Source: an uncultured Defluviitaleaceae bacterium (lineage in GTDB: Bacteria; Bacillota; Clostridia; Lachnospirales; WRBF01). Taken from it: DNA of 64,000 nt. The notes under the pieces were generated by a model. That model was not told where the DNA came from. It saw only the letters and a list, made by a program, of their open reading frames with translations, and made no database searches. The stretch is from contig CAYXWM010000001.1 of assembly GCA_964468805.1 (NCBI GenBank), positions 3,508 through 67,507 of the forward strand, written 5' to 3'. This document shows, piece after piece, positions 1 to 11,250 of the stretch. Within the stretch, counting starts at the first letter, position 1. Each line of letters begins with the position of its first letter. The position numbers and the translations under genes were made by a program.

Positions 1-270
1 GCGGTTCGTAACGGTATTATTATTTCCTATACAACCGATAAAATCAAATGCTACGATACCTTATCCAACATCAGAAAAAAGCTGGACGACAGTATTTTTT
101 TGACTTGTCACAGAGGTTTTATTGTAAATATGAGAAGAGTTAAGGCTCTGGCTAAAGACGGTTTTTTAATGTACGACGATAAATTTGTGCCCATAAGACA
201 AAAAGGAAGAAACGAAATAAAGACTGCATTTAAGAATTTTATTTTTAACAGTATTAGGCACGAAGTGTAG
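1..270 (+). CDS. LytTR-family response regulator, C-terminal part (truncated by window start)
   Basis: Frame 1 is open to TAG at 268-270; translation contains IFLTCHRGFIVNMRRV, matching the LytTR F.R.HRS.IVN motif. Confidence 0.85.
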   Translation, partial: AVRNGIIISYTTDKIKCYDTLSNIRKKLDDSIFLTCHRGFIVNMRRVKALAKDGFLMYDDKFVPIRQKGRNEIKTAFKNFIFNSIRHEV

Positions 271-327
271 TATGTTTTTATAACCGTTTTTTCATCAAGC
301 TAACAGTCATAGGAATATATCCAAAAT

Positions 328-360
328 AAAAGGGGATAGCTGTAAAGCTGTCCTTTTTTG
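328..360 (+). terminator. Intrinsic terminator
   Basis: AAAAGGGGATAGC-tgtaaa-GCTGTCCTTTTTT hairpin with T tract. Confidence 0.65.
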
Positions 361-602
361 TTTAAACTTTTTGTCATTTCTCTACCGGAACCGCTATACT
401 GTAAAATAATTTCGGTAATTTGTAAAATTTTATAAAAAAACAACTGCTCATTATATTATTTCCGGTAAAATTATAGAATTTTCTTTTTTGTACTTGTTTA
501 AAAATAATTTGTGGTATAATATAACACAATTCTTTCAAGGTTGTTCAAAACTTCACAAATATGTAATGATTGCTTCTGTTAACTACTGATAGAAGATCGG
601 TA

Positions 603-761
603 TACATAAGAGATGTTTGTTACATAGAAATCTCATAAGAAACTAACCTAAATCAGAAATTATATGTTGCAAAATCTTATCCCGGAAGCATTATTATTAA
701 AAAAGGAAATAACAGTACAGGTATTGGTTTGAATACTATAAAGACAGCTTGCGAAAAATAA
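603..761 (+). pseudogene. Remnant of an AgrC-like/GHKL histidine kinase C-terminus
   Basis: Frame reads YIEIS*ETNLNQKLYVAKSYPG...STGIGLNTIKTACEK*; GIGL G-box-like motif, internal stop, next to LytTR gene. Confidence 0.4.
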
Positions 762-958
762 AACCGGTCAGAAAAAACGTAGGATCTTAAAAATCTCTTT
801 GCTTTTCTTTTCTGTATTGCCGGAAAAAGTTCCGGTTACGGTATCTACATAACCTGTAAATACTAAGAATTATCACCGGTCACTTAATTTAATCACGAAA
901 TATTAACTTTTTCTATATTCAACGTTAAGACAAACTATTAACATCACGGAGGGCTTTA

Positions 959-1450
959 ATGGATTGCATAATAAGAAAAATCAAAGCACCGGAAGCACAT
1001 CTTTTGAATAATTTTGTTTACGAAGCAATTTTTCAAAAAGAAGGGCAAGAACCCTTGCCCAGAGAGATTATTAACGAACCGGATTTGCAAAATTACGTCA
1101 AAGACTTTACCAAACCCGATGATTTTTGCCTTGTTGCGGAAATCCGAGGTAAGGTCGTGGGAGCTGTTTGGACGAGGATTTTAGACGGAGATATTAAGGG
1201 TTTCGGTAACATAGACAGCGAAACTCCCGAGTTTGCCATCTCTGTTTACAAAGAATACAGAGGCAATGGTATAGGAACAGCCTTAATGAAAAATATGTTG
1301 CAGCTGCTTAAAGAAAAAAAATACAAACGAGCATCCTTGTCCGTTCAAAAAGAAAATTACGCCGCAAAAATGTATCTTGACTTGGGTTTCGAAATTTTAG
1401 AGGAACGAGAAGACGATTACCTAATGATTTTCGATTTAAAAAAACCCTAA
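959..1450 (+). CDS. GNAT family N-acetyltransferase
   Basis: Acetyl-CoA motif VYKEYRGNGIGTAL and N..A..MY..LGF; GGAGG RBS. Confidence 0.9.
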   Translation: MDCIIRKIKAPEAHLLNNFVYEAIFQKEGQEPLPREIINEPDLQNYVKDFTKPDDFCLVAEIRGKVVGAVWTRILDGDIKGFGNIDSETPEFAISVYKEYRGNGIGTALMKNMLQLLKEKKYKRASLSVQKENYAAKMYLDLGFEILEEREDDYLMIFDLKKP

Positions 1451-1462
1451 TAAAAATGCCTT

Positions 1463-1510
1463 AGCTTATCCCAAATGAAAACCGGGTTTGAATTTTGGAG
1501 ATAAGCTTTT
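1463..1510 (+). terminator. Intrinsic terminator after GNAT gene
   Basis: AGCTTATC...GATAAGCT stem followed by T tract. Confidence 0.55.
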
Positions 1511-1516
1511 ATTATA

Positions 1517-1621
1517 TATACTGATTACATTTTAAACAGAGGACAAAAATAATTGATCTTTTCCAACAGTTCAAGGAAAAAACGATTATTTTTGACCTTC
1601 ATCTTATATGGAATTAGTATA
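1517..1621. repeat. MITE-like element family A, copy 1 (~105 bp)
   Basis: Ends TATACT...AGTATA with imperfect ~39-bp terminal inverted repeats; highly similar reverse-complement copy at 17648-17751. Confidence 0.85.
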
Positions 1622-1757
1622 ATTAATTACAAAAGGAATAGTAACAAAAGCTGTTCTTCGATAACGGTTAGCTCTTGCGTTTTTATGAAAAAAAACACCG
1701 GCCGCTCACCACTATGAATATACGCTTTTGTTACTACTTAACCGGCAATTAAGTATA
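1618..1757. repeat. MITE-like element family B, copy 1 (~140 bp)
   Basis: Subterminal inverted repeat AGTAACAAAAGC/GCTTTTGTTACT; highly similar reverse-complement copy at 24550-24689. Confidence 0.85.
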
Positions 1758-1780
1758 TATTTCACAATTGGTCGGTTTCC

Positions 1781-1809
1781 TTGACAATGGCTTTGTATTC
1801 TTGTAAAAT
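1781..1809 (+). promoter_or_regulatory. Sigma-A-type promoter for glnA
   Basis: TTGACA-N17-TAAAAT about 195 bp upstream of the glnA start. Confidence 0.65.
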
Positions 1810-2003
1810 TTATAGCGGCATAAGGATTCTTAATTAATAATAAGAGAATTTACCGTAAAATTTCTTAGGTAAGAAACTTAATTCAAAATCCTCGGGGTTT
1901 TATTTGGGGTTTCTCTAAGCTATTTTAACGGTTATTATACTAATATTTTTTCTCAAGTTTTTCGTTGTCTGTTTTATTCAGATTATACAAATCGGAGGAG
2001 AAT

Positions 2004-3335
2004 ATGCCAAATTATACTGCTGCGGATATAGTTAATCTTGTGAAAGAAAATGATGTAAAATTCATAAGGCTGCAATTTACCGATATTTTCGGTATGCTTA
2101 AAAATGTTGCAATTACCGATTCTCAATTGCTCAAGGCCTTGGACAACAAGATTATGTTTGACGGCTCGTCCATAGAGGGCTTTGTTCGTATCGAAGAAAG
2201 CGATATGTACCTTTATCCGGATGTTTCTACCTTTAATATTCTGCCTTGGGGACCAAATAAGGCAAAAGTTGCCCGTATGATTTGCGACGTTTATTTACCG
2301 GACGGCAAACCTTTTACCGGTGACCCCAGATATGTTTTACGCAGAGTTTTAAATGAAGCAAAAGAATTGGGCTATGAATTTCATGTAGGTCCGGAATGTG
2401 AATTCTTTTTGTTTAATACCAAACCCAACGGTGCCCCTACAACCGTTACTCATGACGCCGCAGGATATTTTGACTTGGCTCCGTTAGACAACGGAGAATA
2501 CGTGAGAAGAGATATATGCCTTAACCTTGAAGAAATGGGCTTCGAGATAGAAGCAGCCCATCATGAAGTTGCCAAAGGGCAACACGAAATAGATTTTAAA
2601 TATGCCGAGGCTTTACCCACCGCTGACAGAATTATGACTTTTAAATTGGTGGTTAAAACTATAGCAAGGCAACATAATATGCACGCTACCTTTATGCCCA
2701 AGCCAATTTTCGGAACGGCAGGTTCCGGTATGCATATTAATATGTCCCTTACCAAGGACGGTAAAAATGCTTTTTACGATGAAAGCGACCGACTGGGACT
2801 AAGCAAAATAGCCTATAACTTCATAGCCGGTCTTTTAACCCATATGAAGGAAATGACATCCGTAACAAATCCCTTGGTTAACTCCTACAAACGTCTTGTT
2901 CCCGGCTTTGAGGCACCCTGTTACATAGCCTGGTCTTCACAAAACCGCAGTCCGCTGATTCGGATTCCCGCCACCAGAGGGGCAGGAACCAGGGTAGAAT
3001 TACGTTGCCCTGATCCGTCGGCAAATCCCTACCTTGCCATAGCCGTTTGCCTGGCGGCAGGTCTGGACGGTATTAAGAGAGATCTTAAAGTGCCTGATTC
3101 CGTTGATACCAATGTATATCATCTTACCGAAGAACAACGGCAAGAAATGGGTATAGACAGTCTCCCGGCTACCTTATTGGAAGCCATAGAATTAACCAAA
3201 AATTCGGAATTCGTGAAAAATGCCTTGGGCGAGCATATACATACTCGATACGTGGAAGCCAAGGAGGCTGAATATAAAGAGTATGCACAAAGAACCACAC
3301 AATGGGAACTGCAAAAATATTTAATAAATTATTGA
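2004..3335 (+). CDS. glnA: Glutamine synthetase type I
   Basis: [45 protein letters not shown] motifs; start moved to ATG 2004 behind GGAGGAG. Confidence 0.97.
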   Translation: MPNYTAADIVNLVKENDVKFIRLQFTDIFGMLKNVAITDSQLLKALDNKIMFDGSSIEGFVRIEESDMYLYPDVSTFNILPWGPNKAKVARMICDVYLPDGKPFTGDPRYVLRRVLNEAKELGYEFHVGPECEFFLFNTKPNGAPTTVTHDAAGYFDLAPLDNGEYVRRDICLNLEEMGFEIEAAHHEVAKGQHEIDFKYAEALPTADRIMTFKLVVKTIARQHNMHATFMPKPIFGTAGSGMHINMSLTKDGKNAFYDESDRLGLSKIAYNFIAGLLTHMKEMTSVTNPLVNSYKRLVPGFEAPCYIAWSSQNRSPLIRIPATRGAGTRVELRCPDPSANPYLAIAVCLAAGLDGIKRDLKVPDSVDTNVYHLTEEQRQEMGIDSLPATLLEAIELTKNSEFVKNALGEHIHTRYVEAKEAEYKEYAQRTTQWELQKYLINY

Positions 3336-3411
3336 TAGATATTTAAGCTCCAAACTTCTTTATAATTGAGTTTGGAAAGAAATTTTTTATTCACATGAAA
3401 GAGGCGGTATT

Positions 3412-4251
3412 TTGAAATTTACTAAAATGCACGGAGCGGGTAACGACTATATCTACGTAAACTGCTTTGAAGAAAAAATAACCGATCCGGGAAAACTTGC
3501 CGTAAAATACAGCGACAGACACTTCGGTATAGGTTCCGACGGCTTGGTCTTGATTTGCCCTTCTCAAGTTGCGGACTTTAAAATGGAAATGTTCAACTCC
3601 GACGGAAGCCAAGCGGAAATGTGCGGAAACGCCATTCGCTGCGTAGGTAAGTATGTATATGACAGAAAGCTTACCGATAAAAAGGTTGTAACCGTTGAAA
3701 CCCTTGCCGGTATTAAAACCTTGGAATTTTCCGTTACAGACGGAGCGGTCAGTTCCGTTAAAGTAAATATGGGCTCTCCCATTTTTGTTCCGCAGCAAAT
3801 TCCGGCTGTATGTCCCAAACCGGAATTTACAAACGAAACCATGACCGTAGACGGTAAGGAATACAAGGTAACCTGCGTTTCCATGGGCAATCCTCATGCT
3901 GTTATTTTTATGGATGATGTTCAGGATTTGCATAATCTTAACCTTGAGCAAATAGGACCGAAATTCGAAACCCACGAATTATTCCCCAGAAAAATAAATA
4001 CTGAATTTGCAGTATTAACCCCTGAAGGCTTGCATATGCGTGTTTGGGAAAGAGGAGCCGGCGAAACTCTTGCCTGTGGAACCGGAGCTTGTGCAACTTT
4101 AGTTGCGGCTGTTAAATCCGGAGTAACAGACAAAAGAGAAATGCGTCTTATCCTCAAAGGCGGCGAATTATTAATCAATTGGAACGAAAATGACAACAAT
4201 GTATATATGACAGGCTCGGCGGAATTTGTTTTTGACGGCGAAACCCTGTAA
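3412..4251 (+). CDS. dapF: Diaminopimelate epimerase
   Basis: [41 protein letters not shown]. Confidence 0.97.
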   Translation: MKFTKMHGAGNDYIYVNCFEEKITDPGKLAVKYSDRHFGIGSDGLVLICPSQVADFKMEMFNSDGSQAEMCGNAIRCVGKYVYDRKLTDKKVVTVETLAGIKTLEFSVTDGAVSSVKVNMGSPIFVPQQIPAVCPKPEFTNETMTVDGKEYKVTCVSMGNPHAVIFMDDVQDLHNLNLEQIGPKFETHELFPRKINTEFAVLTPEGLHMRVWERGAGETLACGTGACATLVAAVKSGVTDKREMRLILKGGELLINWNENDNNVYMTGSAEFVFDGETL

Positions 4252-4315
4252 TACATTTCTATATTTTTAAATGGAACCGGTATAAATCACAGAAAAAATA
4301 TTAAGGAGTATTGAA

Positions 4316-5527
4316 ATGGCTAGAGTAAACGACAATTTCTTGAAATTACCAGGCAACTATCTCTTTGCGGAAATAGGCAAAAGAGTTGAAACATATGTAA
4401 CCCAAAATCCCGACAAACAAGTAATCAGATTGGGTATAGGCGACGTTACCAGACCGCTTCCGCAACCTATAGTGGATGCTATGCATAAAGCGGCGGACGA
4501 AATGGGCTCATTAAGCGGATTCCAAGGCTACGGCCCCTATGAAGGATTTGAGTTTTTAAGAAACAAAATTGTGGAATTTGATTATAAATCAAGAGGCGTT
4601 AATATTTCCGCTGACGAAGTTTTCGTAAGCGACGGTGCCAAAAGCGATACCTCCAGCATTATAGATATTTTCCATACAGACAATGTAGTTGCGGTATGTG
4701 ACCCGGTATACCCGGTTTATGTTGATTCCAACGTAATCAGCGGTCGCTCCGGCAATCTAGGTTCTGACGGAAAATGGAGCAACATTGTTTATATGAACTG
4801 TACAGCGGATAACGGCTTCCTGCCTGCTATTCCCACAGAAAAAGCGGACTTGATTTACCTTTGCTTCCCCAACAATCCCACAGGTATGACAGCAACAAAA
4901 GAATATTTGGAACAATGGGTTGAATATGCTTTAAAAAACAATTCCGTTTTGCTTTACGACTCTGCTTATGAGGCATTTATCCAAGACGATTCCATTCCTC
5001 ATTCGATTTACGAAATAGACGGAGCAAGACAATGTGCCATAGAATTTAGGTCTTTCTCCAAAACAGCCGGCTTTACCGGTACTCGCTGTGCCTATACAAT
5101 AATCCCCAAAGATTTGAAGATTGAAAACGAAAGTGCAAATGCCCTTTGGTTGCGTCGTCAATCCACAAAATTCAACGGCGTAGCATACGTTATCCAAAAA
5201 GCCGCAGAAGCGGTATACTCCGAAGCAGGACAAAAAGCTATCAAAGAAAACATTGCTTACTACATGAACAATGCCAAAGTTATCAGAAGCGGCTTGGCTG
5301 ATGCCGGATATACAGTATTCGGCGGAGAAAACGCTCCTTACATTTGGACACAAACACCCAACGGTATGGATTCTTGGGCATTCTTTGACAAAATCTTAAA
5401 AGAAGCCTCTGTTGTTACCACTCCCGGCGTAGGTTTCGGACCTTGCGGACAAGGTTACATTCGCTTAACCGCTTTTGGTGATGCGGAAAAAACCATTGAA
5501 GCCGTGAACAGAATAAAAAATATGTAA
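4316..5527 (+). CDS. dapL: LL-diaminopimelate aminotransferase
   Basis: [38 protein letters not shown]-lysine motif; follows dapF. Confidence 0.95.
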   Translation: MARVNDNFLKLPGNYLFAEIGKRVETYVTQNPDKQVIRLGIGDVTRPLPQPIVDAMHKAADEMGSLSGFQGYGPYEGFEFLRNKIVEFDYKSRGVNISADEVFVSDGAKSDTSSIIDIFHTDNVVAVCDPVYPVYVDSNVISGRSGNLGSDGKWSNIVYMNCTADNGFLPAIPTEKADLIYLCFPNNPTGMTATKEYLEQWVEYALKNNSVLLYDSAYEAFIQDDSIPHSIYEIDGARQCAIEFRSFSKTAGFTGTRCAYTIIPKDLKIENESANALWLRRQSTKFNGVAYVIQKAAEAVYSEAGQKAIKENIAYYMNNAKVIRSGLADAGYTVFGGENAPYIWTQTPNGMDSWAFFDKILKEASVVTTPGVGFGPCGQGYIRLTAFGDAEKTIEAVNRIKNM

Positions 5528-5539
5528 TTAACTCAAATT

Positions 5540-5578
5540 AAAAGCTCTGATATGGACTATTCCTGTCAGAGCTTTTTG
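5540..5578 (+). terminator. Intrinsic terminator after dapL
   Basis: AAAAGCTCTGA...TCAGAGCTTTTT. Confidence 0.8.
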
Positions 5579-5928
5579 TTTTGCCGCAGAGAGCCAAGGC
5601 AAAACTATTTGACTGTAACGGCATATCAGTATGTAACCGGTTTTTTATCAATAATAGTTTCAATTTAAAACTATTCTTTGCAAATTATCATCAAATACAT
5701 AAATTTATATTTTCATAATACAGAGCTTTAAGTTAATATTATATTTTTTTGCAATAATATTAAGCAGGGTATCGTAAAATTAAATGAAAATAAATATAGG
5801 TTTACAGAATTCCAATAAATAGTATTATTTTTTTTTATACTATGATATAATTTATCAAATCATATTATAATGAGCAGAATCATTTTAATCGGTTAACAAA
5901 GATTCCTTCAGTGACCGGCAAAAAAGCT

Positions 5929-5971
5929 CGTCCCTACAAAACAGCATAATTTCAGTGTTTTTGTAGGGGCG
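5929..5971. repeat. Inverted pair of GTAG-type REP-like motifs
   Basis: CGTCCCTACAAAA ... TTTTGTAGGGGCG inverted repeat in the intergenic region. Confidence 0.45.
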
Positions 5972-6142
5972 TGTTTTGTACGCCGCCAATATTTAATATT
6001 GTTGACTTTAGAAATGTGCATACTCATTTTGTTTTCTTTACTTAAATGCCGGATACACTTTAAACGTTTACGGAAAACAGCTTTTGTTATATCCGGTTGC
6101 ATTTAAGTATCCACGGAATGATATTTTTATGGAGATGATTTC

Positions 6143-7567
6143 TTGAGTAGCGATAATACTCAACCACGAAAAAGTGCCTTTGAAAAATTATTCAGTTTGA
6201 AACCTACCAGAATTATAGTATGCAGTTTTTTGTTTGTCATACTTGTAGGCACGGTTTTATTGGCACTGCCTTTTGCCTCCAAGGATAATCTGAGCGTAGG
6301 GTTGTTGGATGCGTTTTTTACCGCCACCTCTGCGGTCTGCGTTACAGGCTTGACTGTAGTCAACACGGCTCTGCACTGGAGTTCCTTCGGAAAACTGGTT
6401 ATTTTGGTTTTAATACAAATCGGCGGCTTGGGCTTAATGACTATTTTTACCACTATAATTATTTTTACTGGAAGAACTATTACCCTAAGAGAAAGGTTGG
6501 TTATACAACAATCCTTTAATCAGGACGACTTAACCGGTATGGTACGCTTGGCTCGTAACGTTTGCATAGTTACCTTTCTTTGTGAAGCCGTTGCGGCATT
6601 GATTTTGGGGTTTTGGTTTTTTTTCAGACATGAACAGCCGTTTTTTATCGGGTTATGGTCGGGAATATTCCATGCGGTATCGGGATTTTGCAATGCGGGC
6701 TTTGATATTATAGGCAACAGTATGGAAAATTATCTTACGGACCCGGTGGTAAACACGGTAATAATGCTTGTAATTATTTTTGGGGGTCTTGGATTTACCG
6801 TTTGGCTGGATTTTATTAAAACAATAAAAACCGTAAAAGGCGAAGGGCGGTTAAGATTCAAAACAATTTTTGATAGGCTGAGTTTACATACGAAAATTGT
6901 TTTGGAACTGACTCTGGGTCTGATAGTAGTAGGGGCTGTTTTGTTTTTTATAATAGAATACAATAATCCCAATACCATCGGCGGACTGAATATTTTCAAC
7001 AAGGGCATGGCTTCGGCTTTCCAATCCGTAACCACTCGTACAGCAGGCTTTAACACATTAAATCAGGCGAATATGGAACCGGCTTCTCAATTTATTACTA
7101 TAGTTCTTATGTTTATAGGCGGTTCGCCCGGTGGTACGGCCGGCGGCGTAAAGACCGTAACATTCTCAATAATATTACTTGCGATTATTTCCGTAGTCAA
7201 AGGCAGAAACCAAATAGAAGTCCACAACAAGCATATTTCTTCCTATCTGTTGCAAAAGGCGCTTGCGGTGGTAATGATTAACCTTACGCTGATTATTGTC
7301 GCCACGGTTATTCTTTCAATAACTGAAAAATCCATACCCGGTTTCGGTTTTTTGGATTATCTGTTCGAGGTTTCTTCCGCGGTTGGTACTGTGGGTCTTA
7401 CCACGGGAATCACTCCGCAACTATCGGTGTTGGGTAAATTTATTATTTGCATATGTATGTTTTTCGGCAGGCTGGGTCCCATTACAGTCGCCGTAGCCCT
7501 TACCATGCGTCAAATCACCGGTGATAACTCAATACATTATCCCGAAGGCAGAGTGCTGGTAGGATAA
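6143..7567 (+). CDS. TrkH/KtrB family potassium uptake membrane protein
   Basis: ATSAVCVTGL, SGFCNAGF, TTRTAGF, GGSPGGTAGGVK, SAVGTVGL pore motifs. Confidence 0.93.
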   Translation: MSSDNTQPRKSAFEKLFSLKPTRIIVCSFLFVILVGTVLLALPFASKDNLSVGLLDAFFTATSAVCVTGLTVVNTALHWSSFGKLVILVLIQIGGLGLMTIFTTIIIFTGRTITLRERLVIQQSFNQDDLTGMVRLARNVCIVTFLCEAVAALILGFWFFFRHEQPFFIGLWSGIFHAVSGFCNAGFDIIGNSMENYLTDPVVNTVIMLVIIFGGLGFTVWLDFIKTIKTVKGEGRLRFKTIFDRLSLHTKIVLELTLGLIVVGAVLFFIIEYNNPNTIGGLNIFNKGMASAFQSVTTRTAGFNTLNQANMEPASQFITIVLMFIGGSPGGTAGGVKTVTFSIILLAIISVVKGRNQIEVHNKHISSYLLQKALAVVMINLTLIIVATVILSITEKSIPGFGFLDYLFEVSSAVGTVGLTTGITPQLSVLGKFIICICMFFGRLGPITVAVALTMRQITGDNSIHYPEGRVLVG

Positions 7568-7598
7568 AAAAAGCTGTCGATTTTTTCGACAGCTTTTT
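7567..7598. terminator. Bidirectional terminator between trkH-like and asparagine synthetase genes
   Basis: AAAAAGCTGTCGA-ttttt-TCGACAGCTTTTT. Confidence 0.85.
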
Positions 7599-7610
7599 GC
7601 TATTTGCAGG

Positions 7611-9458
7611 TTATTTAATATTACCCAAAGACAGACCGTATTTTTCCAGCCAGTAGTTAACTTGAATTATATATGCCATAAGTTGTGGTGCAGCCATTAA
7701 CTGCCCAAACCAGGGCTTGCCGTATTCGGCGGGTGCATCCAAGAATTGTATGACCTTTGACTTATCAATTAACGGATAAACCGGCGAGTTGGGATTATTC
7801 ACTATTTCCGATAATCTTTGCTTTAACAGGTTTTCGTAATTGGGATTGTAAGTTTTGGGGAATGGGCTTTTTTTACGGTTAATCAGCTCATCCGGCAACA
7901 AATCTTTGCAGGATTCCCTTAACAGATTCTTAACCACACCATCCTTGCACTTCATAGCATAGGGAACGTTCCACATATATTCCATAAGCCTGTGATCCGC
8001 AAAGGGCACCCTACCGTCAACACCGATGCCCATTCTGTCCATCCTGTCCAGAAGTGTCTGCATAAACCAACGTATATTGACATAATTGATTTCCCTAAGG
8101 CGTGCATCAAAGGGATCCTCACCGTCAAGTCGAGGTACCTCTTTCAAAGTATCTTCATAATGACCCTTAACGAATTCTTCAAGTTGCAGTTTATTTTTAA
8201 AGTCTTCGTTCAAAAGCATGGTTCGTGTTTCAATATTGCCGGACCAAGGGAAAATATCCTTTTCAATCAATTCCTTTTTATGGAACCAAGGATAACCCCA
8301 GAAAACCTCATCGGCACATTCGCCGGTCATAGCTACCCTATGCTCCTTATTTACCAAAGAACAAAAATACATAAGAGATGCATCAATATCAGCCATACCG
8401 GGCATATCCCTGGCGTCTACCGCCTCATACAGCAAATCCGCCAGTTCGGCTTCGTTACATTCCAAGAATGTATGATTTAAGTCGTATTCTTTTAGCATTA
8501 TTTCCACAAAAGGTCTGTCTCGATGAGGTTGGAACGAATTTGATTGGAAGTACACGTCATTATCCTTAAAATCAAAGGAATAAGTAGAAAGTTTTTTGCC
8601 TTTTTCCGCCAAGTATTTGGAGGTAAGGGCTGTTACAATGCTTGAATCAACCCCTCCGGACAAAAAGCTGCAAATCTCCACGTCTGCCACGGTTTGACGT
8701 TTAACGGCATCTCGAATCAGGAAGGAGATTTTGTCCAGAGTTTCTTCGTAGCTGTCCTTATGTTCTTCACATTGGAATTGCCAATATTGCTCCTCCCGGA
8801 AGCCGTCTTTGGAAAACACTCCGAAATGTCCCGGTTTTATTTCGAAAATATTCTTGAAAACACCACTGCTGTTGTTTTTAGCCGGACCTAAGCCAAATAC
8901 TTCTCTCATGCTTTTTAAATCAATAATCGGCTCAACACCCGGAAATTGAAATAAAGCCTTTATTTCAGAGCCGAAAACAAGGGTATTGTCAAAAATCCCG
9001 TAGAACAGCGGCTTAACACCTACTCTGTCCCTGACCAAGAGCAGTTTTTCGTTCTTGCCGTCCCAAATGGCAAAGGAAAAATTACCGTTAAGCTCGTTTA
9101 CAAAATCAATGCCGTATTCCAAGTAACCGTTGAGAATTATTTCCCCGTCACTTGAACCCTCAAATGCAAAGCCGTTTAACCGTTGTTTTAACTCCGGGGA
9201 GTTAAACAATCCACCGTTGGTTATTATGGCATATTCATTGCCGTTTACGGTTTTCGTCAAGGGCTGTATCCCTCCGTTTAAACCCTTAACCAACAGGCGA
9301 TTCTGTGCCAAGCCCACGTTTTTGTTCAGATACACTCCGTCGGTATCCTTGCCTCGGTGGGCAATTGAACTTCTCATTTTTACCAAAATGTCAATCCGGC
9401 GTTTGCTTTCAGCTTCGTAGTTTTGATTGAAATTACAAAATCCTGATATTCCGCACAT
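7611..9458 (-). CDS. asnB: Asparagine synthase (glutamine-hydrolysing), AsnB/AsnO-like
   Basis: Ntn nucleophile MCGI (start placed at 9458), RDRVGVKPL, LSGGVDSS, GECADE, RKKSP. Confidence 0.92.
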   Translation of the reverse strand: MCGISGFCNFNQNYEAESKRRIDILVKMRSSIAHRGKDTDGVYLNKNVGLAQNRLLVKGLNGGIQPLTKTVNGNEYAIITNGGLFNSPELKQRLNGFAFEGSSDGEIILNGYLEYGIDFVNELNGNFSFAIWDGKNEKLLLVRDRVGVKPLFYGIFDNTLVFGSEIKALFQFPGVEPIIDLKSMREVFGLGPAKNNSSGVFKNIFEIKPGHFGVFSKDGFREEQYWQFQCEEHKDSYEETLDKISFLIRDAVKRQTVADVEICSFLSGGVDSSIVTALTSKYLAEKGKKLSTYSFDFKDNDVYFQSNSFQPHRDRPFVEIMLKEYDLNHTFLECNEAELADLLYEAVDARDMPGMADIDASLMYFCSLVNKEHRVAMTGECADEVFWGYPWFHKKELIEKDIFPWSGNIETRTMLLNEDFKNKLQLEEFVKGHYEDTLKEVPRLDGEDPFDARLREINYVNIRWFMQTLLDRMDRMGIGVDGRVPFADHRLMEYMWNVPYAMKCKDGVVKNLLRESCKDLLPDELINRKKSPFPKTYNPNYENLLKQRLSEIVNNPNSPVYPLIDKSKVIQFLDAPAEYGKPWFGQLMAAPQLMAYIIQVNYWLEKYGLSLGNIK

Positions 9459-9806
9459 AGCCTTACCTCTTTTCAAATTATGCTGAATAATGTTGAAATA
9501 GTGGTTTAATTTAAGTTGAACAAAAATAAATCGAATTTTACGTTTCAACTGAAATTACGATTTATTATTACTTCTTAAATTAAATCGCTATAACCGGTTC
9601 AGTGGAAATCACACCTTTACTAACCGCGTTATGATAATATATTCTTTAAATTTTTATCTTGCCACAGAAAAAGGCATCCCCAAAATCGGAAATGCCCGTA
9701 CAATTTAATTTTGAGGATAAGTAAACTAACGTGAATTAGGCGTAATCGAACAATGTGTACAGCAAATAAACCCCGTAGGAATTATCACGTTAATTAAAAC
9801 CTAGGG

Positions 9807-11183
9807 CTATGTTATGGAACCTGTTCCCACGATTTCTACCTTAACTTCAACATCGGATTTCATATCTGCAAAAGCCTTATCCCAATCGTTTTCATATTTT
9901 TTGAAAAGGTCATATTTTTTCTTGCGTAGTAAATCCTTTAATTCCAAGCCGTCAGCATTGTAAAACTTAAAAACATCCCAAGTTTCGTTTATTTCTTTTT
10001 TTATGACATCTTCATAGGCTTTTTGGAGTTCTGTAAGTCGCTCTCGGTCCAGTTTTTCAGGACCCAATTTAAACTCGGGTATATTTCCCGTAACCGAAAT
10101 GCTTGTTTTTGTAATTAAGAAGTCTTCCGTATTGTCAAAACTAATTTTGCCATGTACCTTTTCAATTTTTAAGGGAATAAAATCGCCCTTATTGCTACAG
10201 GAGATTTCACCGCCTTCGCCTCTGCCTCTAAACCATAAATATCCGCGAGTTTGCACATCGTTTAACTTGCCTACAAGCTTATAATCCTTTACTATGGCGG
10301 CACCTTTTAGAATAATTTCTCCATTTTCAAGGCTTATTTCGGGAATGATAACAGTATCGGAGGCACGTAAGCTTCTGATCAGGCTTTCCAAGTCTTTTCG
10401 GAAAGTAACGGATACGTCAAATTGCTTATTTTTATAAAAATTGCTTACAAAGAAACCCACCATAGGCTCGGAATGCACCTTAGCTTCAACTATTTCTCCC
10501 GACTCTCCGTTAGCCGCCATAATAATTACTTTTCGGCTTATTTGTCTGTTTCTTTCCAAGACGTCCACTGTCTCTCTAAACAGTTTTTCGTCCTTTAATA
10601 CGCCTTCTCCCAAAATAACTAACTTGGTTTGCCCAAAATACAGCTTTTTGCTTGAATAGGAATCCGTTGTGCTCATAGCTCCGGAGACCGTCTCGCTTAT
10701 TGATTTCTTGATATAGCGGCTCTTTCCCTCGCCGCCTCCTTTTTCCGCCATAGCTGCCATGTTTGGCAAAGACATGGTAACGGAAAATCGTTTGACGGCT
10801 TCATTGCCGATTTTGGTGCTTAAAGTTTCTTCTTTATCGGAAGATTCTTTTTTGTCTTCGCCGGATTCGGTATTTTTGTCCTTATCCTCGGATTTTTCTT
10901 TGTTTTCTTTATCTGTGCTTTCATCTTCCGTTTCAGTTTTGCTTTTGGTTCTGTAGTTCATGGGTTCCATGGCGTTATCTTGCAGATTTATTCCGGAATC
11001 GTTTTCTTCCCGGTTTTTATTTATATGGTTTGCTTCAATATTATTTTTATTGTTATCGGATTTTTCATATGCATCTATCCCTACGGTGACTACGAATCCC
11101 CGTTCTTCCAACTCAACCTTATCCCAACAGGCACTTAAAAGCATAACGCTTAAAAGCACCGATAATACACTAAACCTTCTCAT
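9807..11183 (-). CDS. Ger(x)C spore germination lipoprotein
   Basis: Lipobox LSAC followed by WDKVELE; third gene of a Ger operon; contains a charged low-complexity insert. Confidence 0.9.
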   Translation of the reverse strand: MRRFSVLSVLLSVMLLSACWDKVELEERGFVVTVGIDAYEKSDNNKNNIEANHINKNREENDSGINLQDNAMEPMNYRTKSKTETEDESTDKENKEKSEDKDKNTESGEDKKESSDKEETLSTKIGNEAVKRFSVTMSLPNMAAMAEKGGGEGKSRYIKKSISETVSGAMSTTDSYSSKKLYFGQTKLVILGEGVLKDEKLFRETVDVLERNRQISRKVIIMAANGESGEIVEAKVHSEPMVGFFVSNFYKNKQFDVSVTFRKDLESLIRSLRASDTVIIPEISLENGEIILKGAAIVKDYKLVGKLNDVQTRGYLWFRGRGEGGEISCSNKGDFIPLKIEKVHGKISFDNTEDFLITKTSISVTGNIPEFKLGPEKLDRERLTELQKAYEDVIKKEINETWDVFKFYNADGLELKDLLRKKKYDLFKKYENDWDKAFADMKSDVEVKVEIVGTGSIT

Positions 11184-11250
11184 TTTAATCACCTGCAGTC
11201 AATTATATTTAAAACTGTACTTTTTTGTACGAAAAATATCAAAACCACTT

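Noticed and set aside
1965-2003. Upstream start extensions in the ORF track (glnA, asnB, gerA, hydrolase, chaperone, regulator)
   Set aside because: Downstream ATGs have better SD spacing or family-typical N-termini such as MCGI
3391-5353. Antisense ORFs over dapF/dapL, and similar shadow ORFs throughout the track
   Set aside because: Nested opposite to or within well-supported genes and lacking family motifs
5860-6142. c-di-AMP (ydaO) riboswitch upstream of the potassium transporter
   Set aside because: Expected GCTGAATCC/GGAACC/GGGG.TAATC elements not visible
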